A stretch of 64,000 nt of DNA from Dehalococcoidia bacterium (GTDB taxonomy: Bacteria; Chloroflexota; Dehalococcoidia; UBA2979). The notes beneath the pieces are model-generated. The model was not told where the DNA came from. It made no database searches and saw only the letters and a list, made by a program, of their open reading frames with translations. The first letter of the stretch is position 1. Each line of letters starts with the position of its first letter. Positions 9,583-19,691 of this stretch are shown one piece after another. The stretch spans positions 448,001-512,000 of the forward strand of contig CAXXDN010000002.1 in NCBI GenBank assembly GCA_963667465.2, read 5' to 3'. Position numbers and translations under genes: made by a program.

Positions 9583-10438
9583 GTGCTCGCCTTCCCCGCC
9601 ATCGTCTCCAGGGAGGAATTCAAGCAGGTCGTGGCGCTGCTGCGCGCGAAGGCGCCGACGCAGGTCCATCCCCGTCGCGCCGCCAGCCCCTACCTGCTCA
9701 GCGGACTGGTGCGCTGCCGGATGTGTCGCCGCGCGCTCACCGAGGCCGAGGCGAAGAGCGGCAAGTACAGCTACTACGTCTGCCAGTCCCTCTTGAAGCG
9801 CGGCAGCGGCACCTGCGAGACGCCGCGGCTCAACGCGCAGCGCTTCGAACGGCTGATCGTCGAACAGATCCGCGAGCACATCCTCACCGAGTCCAACATT
9901 CGCGACCTCGTCCGGCTCGTCGACGAGGAGATGGACGGCGTGGCCCGCGAGGAGCGGGCGAAGCTGGAGAGCATCGAGGCCGAGCTGGCCGAGGTGCGCC
10001 GCAGGATGGACCGGCTGTGGCACGCCGTCGAGACCTCCGACCTCGAGATCAACGACATCCTGCCGCGGCTCCGGCTGCACCAGGAGAGTCAGGAGCGCCT
10101 CGAGACCGCGGCCGAGGAGGCGCGCGGGAGCCTGGCGGAGCGCCGCGCGGTGCTGGACAGCGTGGAGACGATCGCGGCGTTCGCGCGGGAGATGAGCGCG
10201 TTCCTGGACCAGCGAGCTCACCGAGTCGAAGGCGTTCATTCGCTCGTTCGTGAAGGAGATCGCGGTGCAGCCCGGGACGGCGACGATTCGCTACACCATC
10301 CCCACGCCGCCGGACAGCCCGATCGGCGGGCGGGATGCTGCGGAGGTCGAGTTGCCGGAGGCAGTTCGCAGTACAGATGGCATGGCTGCCGGGGACCAGT
10401 ATGGCTGGGGACCGAGGATTCGAACCCCGACCTACTGA
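9583..10438 (+). pseudogene. Large serine recombinase, 5'-truncated and frameshifted near 10207
   Basis: 'PAIVS', 'YLLSGLVRCRMC', 'YYVC' Zn-ribbon and coiled coil are present; the catalytic N-domain is absent. The C-terminus 'TSELTESKAFIRSFVKEI…' continues in another frame into the antisense of tRNA-Gln. Confidence 0.85.
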
Positions 10439-10475
10439 TCCAGAGTCAGCTGTCCTACCATTAGACGAGTCCCCA
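10402..10475 (-). tRNA. tRNA-Gln(CTG)
   Basis: TGGGGAC…TAATGGTAGGAC…GCTGA CTCTGGA TCAGT…GGTTCGAATCC…GTCCCCAGCCA; CCA is encoded. Confidence 0.96.
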
Positions 10476-10555
10476 GCGGACCTCTCCACCCTAGCAAAAC
10501 CAGTGCCAGCGGTCATTCTCCCTCGAGGGTGTGCGCGCGCCTCGAGGCGGCGGGG

Positions 10556-12040
10556 TCAGGCGGGGTAGGCGGCGCGCAGGGCCGACTCGGCGGCGGCGAG
10601 GCGATCGAGGGACTTCGCGGGGCCGACGATCTCCATTGTCTCGAACAGCGGCGGGGTGACGCGCTTTCCGGTGACGGCGACGCGACAGAGCATGAACAGG
10701 TCGCCCGCGCGCACGCCCAGCTCCTCGGCGAGTGCGCGCAGGGCTGCCTCGAGGGACTGGGTAGTCCAGTCGTCGCGCAGGCCCTCGAGCGCCGCCGTTG
10801 CCGCTGCCAGCGCGGGTGCGGCCTGCTCCGGCTCGCGGCGGAACGATCGGCCGAGGAACTCGCCCGGCTCGGCCACGGGGACGTCCTCGGCGAAGAAGAA
10901 GTCGGTGAGCGCGGCCACCTCGGAGAGCAACTTCACGCGCTCGCTGATCAGCGGGGTGAACTGCTCGACGAGGCCGGCGTCGATCGGCCGCGCGACCGAG
11001 TCCGGCAGGTCGCGCTCCAGGCGCTCGGCGAAGCGCGCGGCGAGGTCGGCCTCGGGGAGCTGGCGCATGTAGACGCCGTTCATCCATTCCAGCTTCTCGC
11101 TGTTGAAGCCGGCGGGGGCGGGGTTGAGGTCGGCGAGGTCGAAAGCGGCCGACATCTCAGCGGCGGAGAGAATCTCGGTCTTGTCGTCCAGCGCCCAGCC
11201 CATGATCGCGAGGAAGTTGAGCAGCGCCTCCGGCAGGTAGCCCTCGGCGGCGTAGTCCAGCACGGACTGCGCGCCGTGGCGCTTGGAGAGCTTGCCCCCG
11301 TCCGGTCCGAGGATGACGGGCGTGTGCACGTAGATCGGCGGCTCTTGGCCGAGCGCCTCGAAGAGCCGCACGTGGCGCGGCGTCGAGGGAATCCACTCGT
11401 CGCCCCGGGTGACGTGCGTGATCGCCATCGCGTGGTCGTCGACGGCGTGGGCGAGATGGTAGGTGGGGAAGCCGTCCGACTTGAGCAGCACGAGGTCGTC
11501 GAGCAGGCGGTTTTCGTAGCGGATCGAGCCCCGGATCAGGTCGTCGAAGACGGTGACGCCCTCGCGCGGCATGCGGAAGCGGATCACGTGCGACTCGCCG
11601 GCCGCGGCGCGCTCCGCGCCCCGCGCGGCGTCGAGGTCGCGGCAGACGCCCTCGTAGCCCTGCGGGCGGCCGGCGGCGCGCTGGCGCTCGCGCATCGAGC
11701 GCAGGTCGTCGGGGGTGCAGAAGCAGCGGTAGGCATGGCCGTCCGCGAGCAGTTGCTCGCTGGCGGCGTGGTAGCGCTCGAGGCGCTGCGATTGCACGTA
11801 GGGGCCGTAGTCGCCGCCGGCGCCGGGCCCCTCGTCCCACTCGAGGCCGAGCCAGCGCAGTGAGTCCTCGATGCGTTGGACGGAGCCCTCGACGGCTCGC
11901 GACTGGTCGGTGTCCTCGATCCGCAGGATGAAGGCGCCGCCGTAACGGCGGGCGTGCAGCCAGGTCCAGATCGCGGTGCGGATGTTGCCGACGTGCGGGT
12001 CGCCGGTGGGGCTGGGCGCGTAGCGGACGCGGACGCTCAT
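10556..12040 (-). CDS. gltX: Glutamate--tRNA ligase
   Basis: 'RYAPSPTGDPHVGN' (HIGH), 'LRIEDTD', 'KLSKR' (KMSKS). ATG at 12040 overlaps the upstream stop (ATGA). Confidence 0.97.
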   Translation of the reverse strand: MSVRVRYAPSPTGDPHVGNIRTAIWTWLHARRYGGAFILRIEDTDQSRAVEGSVQRIEDSLRWLGLEWDEGPGAGGDYGPYVQSQRLERYHAASEQLLADGHAYRCFCTPDDLRSMRERQRAAGRPQGYEGVCRDLDAARGAERAAAGESHVIRFRMPREGVTVFDDLIRGSIRYENRLLDDLVLLKSDGFPTYHLAHAVDDHAMAITHVTRGDEWIPSTPRHVRLFEALGQEPPIYVHTPVILGPDGGKLSKRHGAQSVLDYAAEGYLPEALLNFLAIMGWALDDKTEILSAAEMSAAFDLADLNPAPAGFNSEKLEWMNGVYMRQLPEADLAARFAERLERDLPDSVARPIDAGLVEQFTPLISERVKLLSEVAALTDFFFAEDVPVAEPGEFLGRSFRREPEQAAPALAAATAALEGLRDDWTTQSLEAALRALAEELGVRAGDLFMLCRVAVTGKRVTPPLFETMEIVGPAKSLDRLAAAESALRAAYPA

Positions 12041-12987
12041 CGCACGCCTCCCGTGCCGGACGCTGCCAGCGGCTGCGCCTCCACACCGTGGTCGGCGCGC
12101 AGCGCCTCGATCGCCGCGCCGATGTCGCCGGGGAGCGGCGCCTCGAACTCGCGCCACTCGCCGCTCGAGGGCAGGCAGAGGCCGAGCCGCCGCGCGTGCA
12201 GCGCCTGGCGCGCGATGCGGGGCGAGGGGTTGCCGTAGACGCCGTCGCTGAGGATCGGGTGGCCCATAGCCTGGAGGTGGACGCGGATCTGGTGCGTGCG
12301 GCCGGTCAGGATGCGGACTTCGAGCAAGGCGGCCTCCTCGCCGTACTGCTCCAGTACCCGGTACTCGCTGAACGCCGGGTCGCCGCGCTCGACCACCGCG
12401 CGGCGGATCGGGTCGGCGGGGTCGGGGCCGAGCGGGGCGTCGATACGGCCACGCCGAGGTTCGACGACGCCCTCGGCGATGGCGAGGTAGATCTTGAGCG
12501 TCTCGCGCGCCTTCCACTGCGCGCGTAGCGCGTCGCGGGCGGCGGCGGAGCGGGCGAAGGCGATCACGCCGGAGGTGTCGCGGTCGAGGCGGTGCACGAG
12601 GCCGGAGCGCGTCCCGCCGATCTCCTGCACCTCGGGGTAGCGGGCGCGCACTGTGTGGATGAGGGTGACCGCGGGGCGGCCCTGCACCGGGTGCACCAGC
12701 AGCCCCGGCTGCTTGTCGATGATCAGCGTGTGCTCGTCCTGGAACAGCACCTCGAGCGGTACGTCGAGCGCCATCGCGTCGAGGTCCGGCTGGGCGGGCA
12801 GACGGATCGCGATCTCGGCGCCCTCGGCCACTTCGCGGCCGGCGCGGGTGCGAGGCTCGCCGGCGACGTCGACGCGGCCGTCCTCGATCAGCCGCTGCGC
12901 CTGGCTGCGCGAGAGCTGCGCGAGCTGACCGGCGACGAGCCGATCGAGGCGGTCCGTGCGCGGGGCGGCGAAGCGTTCGAGCTGCAT
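12037..12987 (-). CDS. rluD: RluA-family 23S rRNA pseudouridine synthase with S4 domain
   Basis: S4 'RLDRLVA…SRSQAQRLI', catalytic 'HRLDRDTSG', 'GRTHQIRVH'; coupled to lspA. Confidence 0.9.
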   Translation of the reverse strand: MQLERFAAPRTDRLDRLVAGQLAQLSRSQAQRLIEDGRVDVAGEPRTRAGREVAEGAEIAIRLPAQPDLDAMALDVPLEVLFQDEHTLIIDKQPGLLVHPVQGRPAVTLIHTVRARYPEVQEIGGTRSGLVHRLDRDTSGVIAFARSAAARDALRAQWKARETLKIYLAIAEGVVEPRRGRIDAPLGPDPADPIRRAVVERGDPAFSEYRVLEQYGEEAALLEVRILTGRTHQIRVHLQAMGHPILSDGVYGNPSPRIARQALHARRLGLCLPSSGEWREFEAPLPGDIGAAIEALRADHGVEAQPLAASGTGGVR

Positions 12988-13523
12988 CAGCCCCCCTCTT
13001 CCCCGCCGCCAGTCTCACCGCCCGGCCGCCAGAGCGACAGCACGGCGAGCGTGATCACGCCGACCACGATCGAGGAGTCGGCGATGTTGAAGGCGGGGTA
13101 GTGCGTGGGGTCGATGAAGTCCGTCACCGTGCCTCGGAAGAGCCGGTCGATCAGGTTGCCGATCGCGCCGCCGAGCACGAGCGCGAGGGCGGTCTCGTAG
13201 AGCCGGTCGCCGGGCGGGGCTGCGCGCAGGAAGACCAGCACGATCACCGCGCCGAGGATCGAGCTGGCGATCAGGAACGGCCCGCCGCCCTGCAGGATGC
13301 CGAACGCGGCGCCGGAGTTCTCGACGTGCGAGATGCGGATCAGATCGAAGCCCTCGGGCCAGGTCTCGCGCTCGTCCAGCCAGCCGCGTACGAGCGCCTT
13401 CGTGAGCTGATCGAGGATGATGACCGCCGCGGCGATTGCGGCGAAGCGCCGGACGTCCGTGCGCGGCAGCTCCGGGCGCGCGGCGTCCTCGTCCGATCCG
13501 GTCGCGGCGGCGGCTCGCTCCAT
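12987..13523 (-). CDS. lspA: Lipoprotein signal peptidase II
   Basis: 'DQLTK', 'NSGAAFG', 'GGAIGNLIDR', 'VTDFI', 'FNIADS'. Confidence 0.96.
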   Translation of the reverse strand: MERAAAATGSDEDAARPELPRTDVRRFAAIAAAVIILDQLTKALVRGWLDERETWPEGFDLIRISHVENSGAAFGILQGGGPFLIASSILGAVIVLVFLRAAPPGDRLYETALALVLGGAIGNLIDRLFRGTVTDFIDPTHYPAFNIADSSIVVGVITLAVLSLWRPGGETGGGEEGG

Positions 13524-13652
13524 GCATCCATCCTATCGAAGGGCGCGGTTGCGGTCCGTTGCCCTCGCGTGTGAGCGCGCATCCGATACGATGGACCTGA
13601 GCGATTCACGCGCGCGGGCACGGCCCGAGCGCCACGGTGAGGAGCGAGCTTC

Positions 13653-14258
13653 GTGACGACGACAAACCTGCCCGGTCCCAAGCCGGTGCGCCCGCCCGAG
13701 GACCGTCTCCCGCCGGGGCAGCGCCTGACCGATGGCTGGCCGGTGCTGACCTACGGCTCCACGCCTCGCATCGACCTCGCGACCTGGGAGTTCCGCATCT
13801 TCGGCCTCGTCGAGGAGGAGGTGCGCCTGAGCTGGGATGAGTTCAACGCGCTGCCGGCGTACGAGGACACCTCGGACATCCACTGCGTCACCACCTGGAG
13901 CCGCTACGACAATCGCTGGCGCGGCGTGCGCTTCAGCGACGTGATGGCCCTCGCGAACGTGCTGCCCGAGGCGAAGGAAGTGATGTTCCACTCCTACGGT
14001 GGCTACACGACGAACGTGTCGCTCGACGAGCTGCTGCTCGACGGGGTGCTGTTCGCGCACACCCACGACGGCCAGCCGATCGATCGCGACCACGGGGGCC
14101 CGCTGCGCGGGGTGATCCCGCAGCTCTACTTCTGGAAGAGCGCGAAGTGGGTGCGTGGCATGGAGTTCCTGCCCGAGGTGCGCCCCGGCTTCTGGGAGAT
14201 GTACGGCTACCACATCCACGGCGACCCGTGGAAGGAACAGCGCTACTCCTACCAGTAG
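13653..14258 (+). CDS. Sulfite oxidase-like molybdopterin oxidoreductase (YuiH-like)
   Basis: 'RLPPGQ', 'DIHCVTTWS', 'HGGPLR', 'YFWKSAKW', 'GFWE..GYH..GDPWKEQRY'. Confidence 0.92.
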   Translation: MTTTNLPGPKPVRPPEDRLPPGQRLTDGWPVLTYGSTPRIDLATWEFRIFGLVEEEVRLSWDEFNALPAYEDTSDIHCVTTWSRYDNRWRGVRFSDVMALANVLPEAKEVMFHSYGGYTTNVSLDELLLDGVLFAHTHDGQPIDRDHGGPLRGVIPQLYFWKSAKWVRGMEFLPEVRPGFWEMYGYHIHGDPWKEQRYSYQ

Positions 14259-14285
14259 GCGGGGATCAGAGCGCGGACCGGCTCC

Positions 14286-14319
14286 TTCTCTCCCTTGCGG
14301 GAGAGGGCGGGGTGAGGGG
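14286..14319. repeat. REP-like palindromic element (CTCTCCC-TTGC-GGGAGAG-GGCGGGGTGAGGG)
   Basis: A hairpin followed by a GGGGTGAGGG tail, between convergent genes. It matches a widespread REP-type repeat shape. Confidence 0.65.
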
Positions 14320-14351
14320 CGCCGCGCCTCAGCGCGGCCAGCGACGACAGC

Positions 14352-15818
14352 CTAGACGAAGACCCGCGATCCGGCCTGGCGGACGTTGCCGGTGCGGCGC
14401 GCCTCGGCGGCGACCGCCGCGGAGACCTTGCGCACGACCTCCTCGTTGAAGACCGAGGGCAGGATGTAGTCCTCGTTGAGCTGCTGGTCAGGGATGACGT
14501 CGGCGATCGCGTGCGCGGCGACGAGCTTCATCTCCTCGGTGATGCGCTTCGCGCCGGCGTCGAAGGCGCCGCGGAAGAGCCCGGGGAAGCAGAGCACGTT
14601 GTTGACCTGGTTCGGGTAGTCCGAGCGTCCGGTCGCGATCACGCGCGCCTTGCCCGTGATCAGCTCCGGCATGATCTCCGGCTCCGGGTTGGACAGCGCC
14701 AGCACGATCGAGTCCTCGGCCATGCTGCCGACCTGCTCAGGCGAGAGCATGCGCGGCCCCGACAGCCCGAGGAACATGTCTGCTCCGCGCATCGCCTGCG
14801 TCAGGTCGCCGCTGAAGCCGTCCGGGTTGGTGTGCTCGGCGAACCACTCCTTCGCCGGGTTCAGGTTCTCGCGGCCGGGGTAGACGGCCCCGGTGCGGTC
14901 GAAGCCGATGATGTCGCGCACGCCGTAGTTGAGCATGATGCGCGCGCAGGCGATGCCCGAGGCGCCGACGCCAAGCACGACGACCTTCAGGTCCTCGGGC
15001 TTCTTGTCGACGATCTTGAGGCTGTTGATCAGCGCCGCGAGGACCACGACGGCGGTGCCGTGCTGGTCGTCGTGGAAGACCGGGATGTCCAGCTTCTCGA
15101 CGAGGCGGTCCTCGATGTCGAAGCAGCGGGGCGCGGAGATGTCCTCGAGCAGGATACCGCCGAACGTGGGCGCGATCGCCTCGACGATGTCGACGATGCG
15201 GTCGGGGTCCTTCGTATCGAGGCAGATCGGCCAGGCGTCGATCTCGCCGAAGCTCTTGAAGAGCATGCACTTGCCCTCCATGACCGGCATCGCCGCTTGC
15301 GGACCGATGTCGCCGAGGCCGAGCACCGCCGTGCCGTCGGTGACGACGGCGACGGTGTTGCGGCGCGCGGTCAGCGCCCAGACCGAGTCCGGCTCGTCGT
15401 GCACCATCATCGAGACACGGGCGACACCCGGCGTGTAGACGTGGGAGAGCTCCGCGTTGGTGCGGATGTTCACCTTGTTCGCGATCTCGATCTTGCCGCC
15501 GCGGTGCAGCTGGAAGGTGCGGTCCGAGGCGCGCTGCACCTCGACGCCATCGAGGGCGTCCACCCGCTCCACGATCTCGCGGGCGTGCGCGACGTCACGG
15601 CAGAACACGCGCAGCTCGCGGACCATGTAGTCGTGGCCTGCCTCGTGGATGTCGATTGCGCCGATGTCGCCTCCGCCCTCACCGATGGAGGTGGTGATCA
15701 GGCCGAGCTTTCCCGGTGCGTTCTGGATCCGCAGCATCATCAGCAACTGATAGCCCGACACAGGGCTCTCGTACTCGTCGACGACCCGGGCTTGTGGGTG
15801 GAATGATTCGTTTGTCAT
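14352..15818 (-). CDS. NAD(P)-dependent malic enzyme with N-terminal ACT domain
   Basis: 'YTPGVA', 'TDGTAVLGLGDIG', 'PVMEGK', 'FHDDQHGTA', 'GRSDYPNQVNN'. ATG at 15818. Confidence 0.94.
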   Translation of the reverse strand: MTNESFHPQARVVDEYESPVSGYQLLMMLRIQNAPGKLGLITTSIGEGGGDIGAIDIHEAGHDYMVRELRVFCRDVAHAREIVERVDALDGVEVQRASDRTFQLHRGGKIEIANKVNIRTNAELSHVYTPGVARVSMMVHDEPDSVWALTARRNTVAVVTDGTAVLGLGDIGPQAAMPVMEGKCMLFKSFGEIDAWPICLDTKDPDRIVDIVEAIAPTFGGILLEDISAPRCFDIEDRLVEKLDIPVFHDDQHGTAVVVLAALINSLKIVDKKPEDLKVVVLGVGASGIACARIMLNYGVRDIIGFDRTGAVYPGRENLNPAKEWFAEHTNPDGFSGDLTQAMRGADMFLGLSGPRMLSPEQVGSMAEDSIVLALSNPEPEIMPELITGKARVIATGRSDYPNQVNNVLCFPGLFRGAFDAGAKRITEEMKLVAAHAIADVIPDQQLNEDYILPSVFNEEVVRKVSAAVAAEARRTGNVRQAGSRVFV

Positions 15819-16001
15819 AGGTCTGCTCCCAGCCTGGAGTCTCGAATGGTGCGACAAGCTGCCCCTGCGCGCCAGTGCCGCCCTGCCGAATGCTCGAGCT
15901 TCCGGGATTCCTCGCGCTTCCGATTGCGTCGCGCGGCGCCGCGCACAATTCCGCGGGGCACGGCGCAGTTGCGTGGTCCTTGGTATGCTCGGCGGGCGCT
16001 C

Positions 16002-16077
16002 GCCCCCATCGTCTAGGGGACCAGGACGCCACCCTTTCAAGGTGGAAACAGGGGTTCGAACCCCCTTGGGGGCACCA
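16002..16077 (+). tRNA. tRNA-Glu(TTC)
   Basis: GCCCCCATCGTCTAG…CCACC CTTTCAA GGTGG…GGTTCGAACCC…GGGGGCACCA; extended -10 TGGTATGCT at 15981-15989. Confidence 0.96.
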
Positions 16078-16142
16078 ATCGGCAGGACATAAGGGCTCGC
16101 GCCAGGAATGACCCTCGCCGAGGGGGGGCGCCGTCCGGCGCG

Positions 16143-18335
16143 CTACTCCACGGGCAACTGGCTCCATAGCGACGCTGCGTACTCCATGCGCACGTCGATG
16201 GCCGTCGCGAGCGCCTCGGGGGTTTCGTAGTAGAGGCGGCGCGAGAGGTACTCGAACTCCCGTGAGCCGACCGGAGGGATCGTGAGGTCGCGCGCGTTGC
16301 CGCGCACCACGCGCAGCGCCCCGATCAGCCGCCGCAGGAACGCATACGCCTCGGGCAGCTTCACCGCGTCGTCGTAGCCGATGTGCCCCGTCTCGGCGAG
16401 CGCGGCGATGGCGTCGACCGTGCTCGGCGTACGCACCGAGGGCTCCGTGGCGCCGGCGCTGATCTGCAGCACCTGCACGTAGTACTCGACATCGACGAGC
16501 CCACCGCGGCTGTGCTTGGCATTGCGCTCGCCCGCCGCAACCAGCTCCGCGGCCTGGCGCTCGCGGAGGTGCAGTTGCTCGGCAATGTCGAACGGCGCGC
16601 CCGAGTAGACGAAGGCGTCCCGCAGCTCTTCGAGGGTTCGCCCGAGCGCGGCGTCGCCCGCGACGGGGCGCAGCCGCACCAGCGCCATGCGCTCGAACTG
16701 CCGCGCATCCCCGTCCGCCGAGTAGTAGCCGCAGCATTGGTCGATCGAGTTGGCGAGGCTGCCGCCGTCGCCGTGGGGCCGCAGCCGCAGGTCGAGCTCG
16801 AAGATGCCCTCGCGAGGCGCGTGGATCGCGTCGCGCACGCCGCGCACGAACTGCTCGAACCACGCCGCGTTCGGGATCGGGTCCGTGCCGTCGGTCGTCC
16901 CCGCGCCCTCGTACACCGTGAGCAACTCGAGGTCCGAGGCGAACCCGATCTCGCGCCCGCCGAACTTGCCGAGCGCGACGATCGTCCAGCGGCACGGGGC
17001 GCCCGAGGCCAGGCGAGGCGCGCCGTGGCGCTCCTCGAGCGCGCGCTCGGTCAGCGCCGCTGCCTCGCCGACCACGACCTCCGCGAGGTCGGACAGCTCG
17101 TGCGAGAAGTCGGCGAAGCCCGTCCGGCCGCTGATGTATCGCAGGTCGATGCGGAACAGCTCGCGGTCCTTGAACGCGTTGAGCGTTGCGGCATCGGGCG
17201 GCCCGCCGTCCGGCGCGGTGGCGTGCAGCGCCTCCCGAAGCTCTGCGGGCGGGCGCGCGGTGTCGAGGGCGGGGAGGTCCGTGAGCACCGGAAACAGGTT
17301 CTCGTGCTGGAAGCGCAGGAAGTCCTCCCACAGGTAGCGGCTCACGCCGAGGGCCGTCGCGAGCGTTTCAAGCACCCCTTCGTCGGCCAGGGCCGCCAGC
17401 GACTCGCGCCGCTCGCCGAACGCCAGCATGCTGCGCGCGAGGGCGCTGAACTGCCGCAGCGCCTGCGCGGGGTCTGGCGCGAGCGGCAGCAACTGTGTGA
17501 ACTGCCGGATCAGCACCGCCACCACGCGCAGCTCCTCGAGGCGCAGCGGATCCTCAAGCTTCGAGCCGTCGCGCGTGGTCACCCAGAACGTGTCGCGGCT
17601 TTCGCGGCCCGCTGTGCGCACCTCGGCGCGCTGCACGGACACCTCCAGCATGGCGAGGGCGTTGGTGAACTCGAAGAGGAAGCCGCGCTCGTCGACCCCC
17701 GCGATGGTCAGCACTGCCGCAGCGGGGTCCGAGGTCGCGTCGACGTCGACCGCGATCGGGTAGAGCGGACGCGCGGACGCCTGGCCACGCGGCAGGGTGC
17801 GCCCGATGCCCTCGATGATCGAGGCGTGCGCCGCCTCGGCGTCGCCGCCCGCGAGCAGCGCGAACGCCTCGGCGAGACCGGGGCGGATCGCCTCCCAGGG
17901 GTCACGATCGCCGATCCTTCGCACAACGAAGCGGTCGAGGAGCAGCCGTGAAGGCCGGATCGGGCCGCGCGCCGGCAGCGGGCGCCTCGGCATTCCCGGA
18001 CGCCTGCCCGGACGCGGAGCGCCGGGCAGGGGTGGCGGGCGTTGGACGGGCGTGTCGCGGCGCACCGTGAAGAGGTCTGCGTGCTCGATATCGAACCCCT
18101 GCGCGGTCAGCGAGCCGGCGATGAGCGAGAGCGCACCGGGGATGTCCGGCGCGACGACCGTGACAGCGTGCGCGTCGCCACCGAGGGGCCGCGACTCGCC
18201 GGCGACGTCGGTCGCCGCGGCGATGCGCTCCGCGAGGCCGGGATGCCGCGCCCGCTCCTCGGCATCGAATGCCTCGTAGGCCGGCCCGAGCTGGGTCGCG
18301 AGGCTGTCCGCGTCGAGGGCGTCAGGAGGGGGCAT
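16143..18335 (-). CDS. GlnE-type nucleotidyltransferase with two N-terminal ACT domains
   Basis: NTase 'IVALGKFGGREIGFASDLEL', 'DLRLRPHG', 'KHSRGGLVDVEY'; ACT motifs 'APDIPGALSLIAGSL' and 'DERGFLFEFTNAL'. Start is approximate. Confidence 0.82.
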   Translation of the reverse strand: MPPPDALDADSLATQLGPAYEAFDAEERARHPGLAERIAAATDVAGESRPLGGDAHAVTVVAPDIPGALSLIAGSLTAQGFDIEHADLFTVRRDTPVQRPPPLPGAPRPGRRPGMPRRPLPARGPIRPSRLLLDRFVVRRIGDRDPWEAIRPGLAEAFALLAGGDAEAAHASIIEGIGRTLPRGQASARPLYPIAVDVDATSDPAAAVLTIAGVDERGFLFEFTNALAMLEVSVQRAEVRTAGRESRDTFWVTTRDGSKLEDPLRLEELRVVAVLIRQFTQLLPLAPDPAQALRQFSALARSMLAFGERRESLAALADEGVLETLATALGVSRYLWEDFLRFQHENLFPVLTDLPALDTARPPAELREALHATAPDGGPPDAATLNAFKDRELFRIDLRYISGRTGFADFSHELSDLAEVVVGEAAALTERALEERHGAPRLASGAPCRWTIVALGKFGGREIGFASDLELLTVYEGAGTTDGTDPIPNAAWFEQFVRGVRDAIHAPREGIFELDLRLRPHGDGGSLANSIDQCCGYYSADGDARQFERMALVRLRPVAGDAALGRTLEELRDAFVYSGAPFDIAEQLHLRERQAAELVAAGERNAKHSRGGLVDVEYYVQVLQISAGATEPSVRTPSTVDAIAALAETGHIGYDDAVKLPEAYAFLRRLIGALRVVRGNARDLTIPPVGSREFEYLSRRLYYETPEALATAIDVRMEYAASLWSQLPVE

Positions 18336-18420
18336 CGGCCGGCCAGATCCGCGGGTCGTCGGCCCACCGCGCGCCATCGCGGCGACCACGCCCGCTGCGC
18401 CGCCATGATAGCGTCGTGCA

Positions 18421-19638
18421 ATGTCTGAGCACGCGCGCGCTTCGGATGTCCCCGAGCTCCTCGCAGCGTTCGACACGGGTGCGCTGCTGCGTCCCGACCC
18501 GGCGGCGCCGAACCTGGTCGACGCGGCCCGCGCGGTGGCCGCGAGCGCGGGTGCGAACGGCCTCGAGCTTTCCCCGTTCGCGGGCGACCTCGCCGCGTCG
18601 CTGGCCGGGCGCGAGCACATCGTGCTCATCCTCGCCGACGGCCTCGGGATGGGGATGCTGGAGCGCGAGGACGGCGCGCGCACGCTGCGAGGCAACCTGC
18701 GTGGCGAGCTGCGGACGGTCTTCCCGTCCTCGTCGGCCGTCGCGCTGACCTCGCTCGCCACGGGGGAATGGCCGGCGAGCCATGCCGTCACCGGCTGGTG
18801 GACGCACATCGAGGAGATCGGCGGCCCGGCGACGATCCTGCAGTACCGCCGCCGCTCCGATGACCGCGCGCTCGCCGATCTGGGCGTCGCGCCCGAGAAC
18901 GCCTTCCCGGCGCCAAGCCTCGCGCCGCGGATCGCGCGGCGGGCCCACTACCTGCTGCCACACCAGATCGCCGACAGCGTTTACTCGCGCTACTGGGCGG
19001 GGGGTCCCGCTGTCGGCTACCGCTCCCTGGCCGACGCGCCCGGATCGATCACGGGGACAGCGAGGGATGCGGGCGAGCCCACGTTCGGCTACGTCTACGT
19101 GCCCCACGTCGACAACGAGGCGCATCAGGGCGGCCCGGAGAGCAACGGGGTCCGCGCCGCCATCCTCGCCGTCGACCGCCTCGTCGCGGACCTGAAGGCC
19201 GCGCTCGGCGAGTCCGCGGCCGTGGTCGTGACCGCGGACCACGGGCACCTCGGCGTCACGGCCGCCGATCGGCGCATGATCCGCGCCACCTACGGCATCC
19301 CCCCGCTCCTCGCGAGCCCGCCGTCGGGAGACCCGCGGGTGATCGAGTTCCACGTCCGCCCCGACGCGCACGAGCGCTTCGAGGAGTACTTCCGCACCGC
19401 GTTCGGCCGGCAGTTCTACCTGCTCACCACCGCCGAGGTCGAGGAACTCGGCCTGCTCGGTCCCGGGCCGCTGGCGCCCCGGACGCGCCAACGGCTCGGG
19501 GACTTCATGGCGATCTCGCGAGGGCCGGCCGTGCTCGGCTTCCAGCTCTCGAAGGCCTCGCGGGAGGCTGCGCAGCAGCGCTCGCACCACGCGGGGCTGA
19601 CGCCGGCGGAGATGCTCGTCCCGCTGGTCGTCGCCTGA
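18421..19638 (+). CDS. Alkaline phosphatase superfamily / type I phosphodiesterase-nucleotide pyrophosphatase
   Basis: 'LILADGLG', 'TVFPSSS', 'D..AH..G', 'TADHG', 'HHAGLTPAEM'. Confidence 0.88.
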   Translation: MSEHARASDVPELLAAFDTGALLRPDPAAPNLVDAARAVAASAGANGLELSPFAGDLAASLAGREHIVLILADGLGMGMLEREDGARTLRGNLRGELRTVFPSSSAVALTSLATGEWPASHAVTGWWTHIEEIGGPATILQYRRRSDDRALADLGVAPENAFPAPSLAPRIARRAHYLLPHQIADSVYSRYWAGGPAVGYRSLADAPGSITGTARDAGEPTFGYVYVPHVDNEAHQGGPESNGVRAAILAVDRLVADLKAALGESAAVVVTADHGHLGVTAADRRMIRATYGIPPLLASPPSGDPRVIEFHVRPDAHERFEEYFRTAFGRQFYLLTTAEVEELGLLGPGPLAPRTRQRLGDFMAISRGPAVLGFQLSKASREAAQQRSHHAGLTPAEMLVPLVVA

Positions 19639-19691
19639 CACGCGCGCTTCCCTTCGCGCCACACGACATAATCACTTGCGAGCGAGGGCCA

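Larger units (their letters stand above)
5340..10401. mobile_element. Degraded genomic island integrated at the tRNA-Gln(CTG) 3' end
   Basis: A truncated large serine recombinase abuts the tRNA 3' end. Cargo is a surface protein and gene fragments. The left boundary is approximate. Confidence 0.6.
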
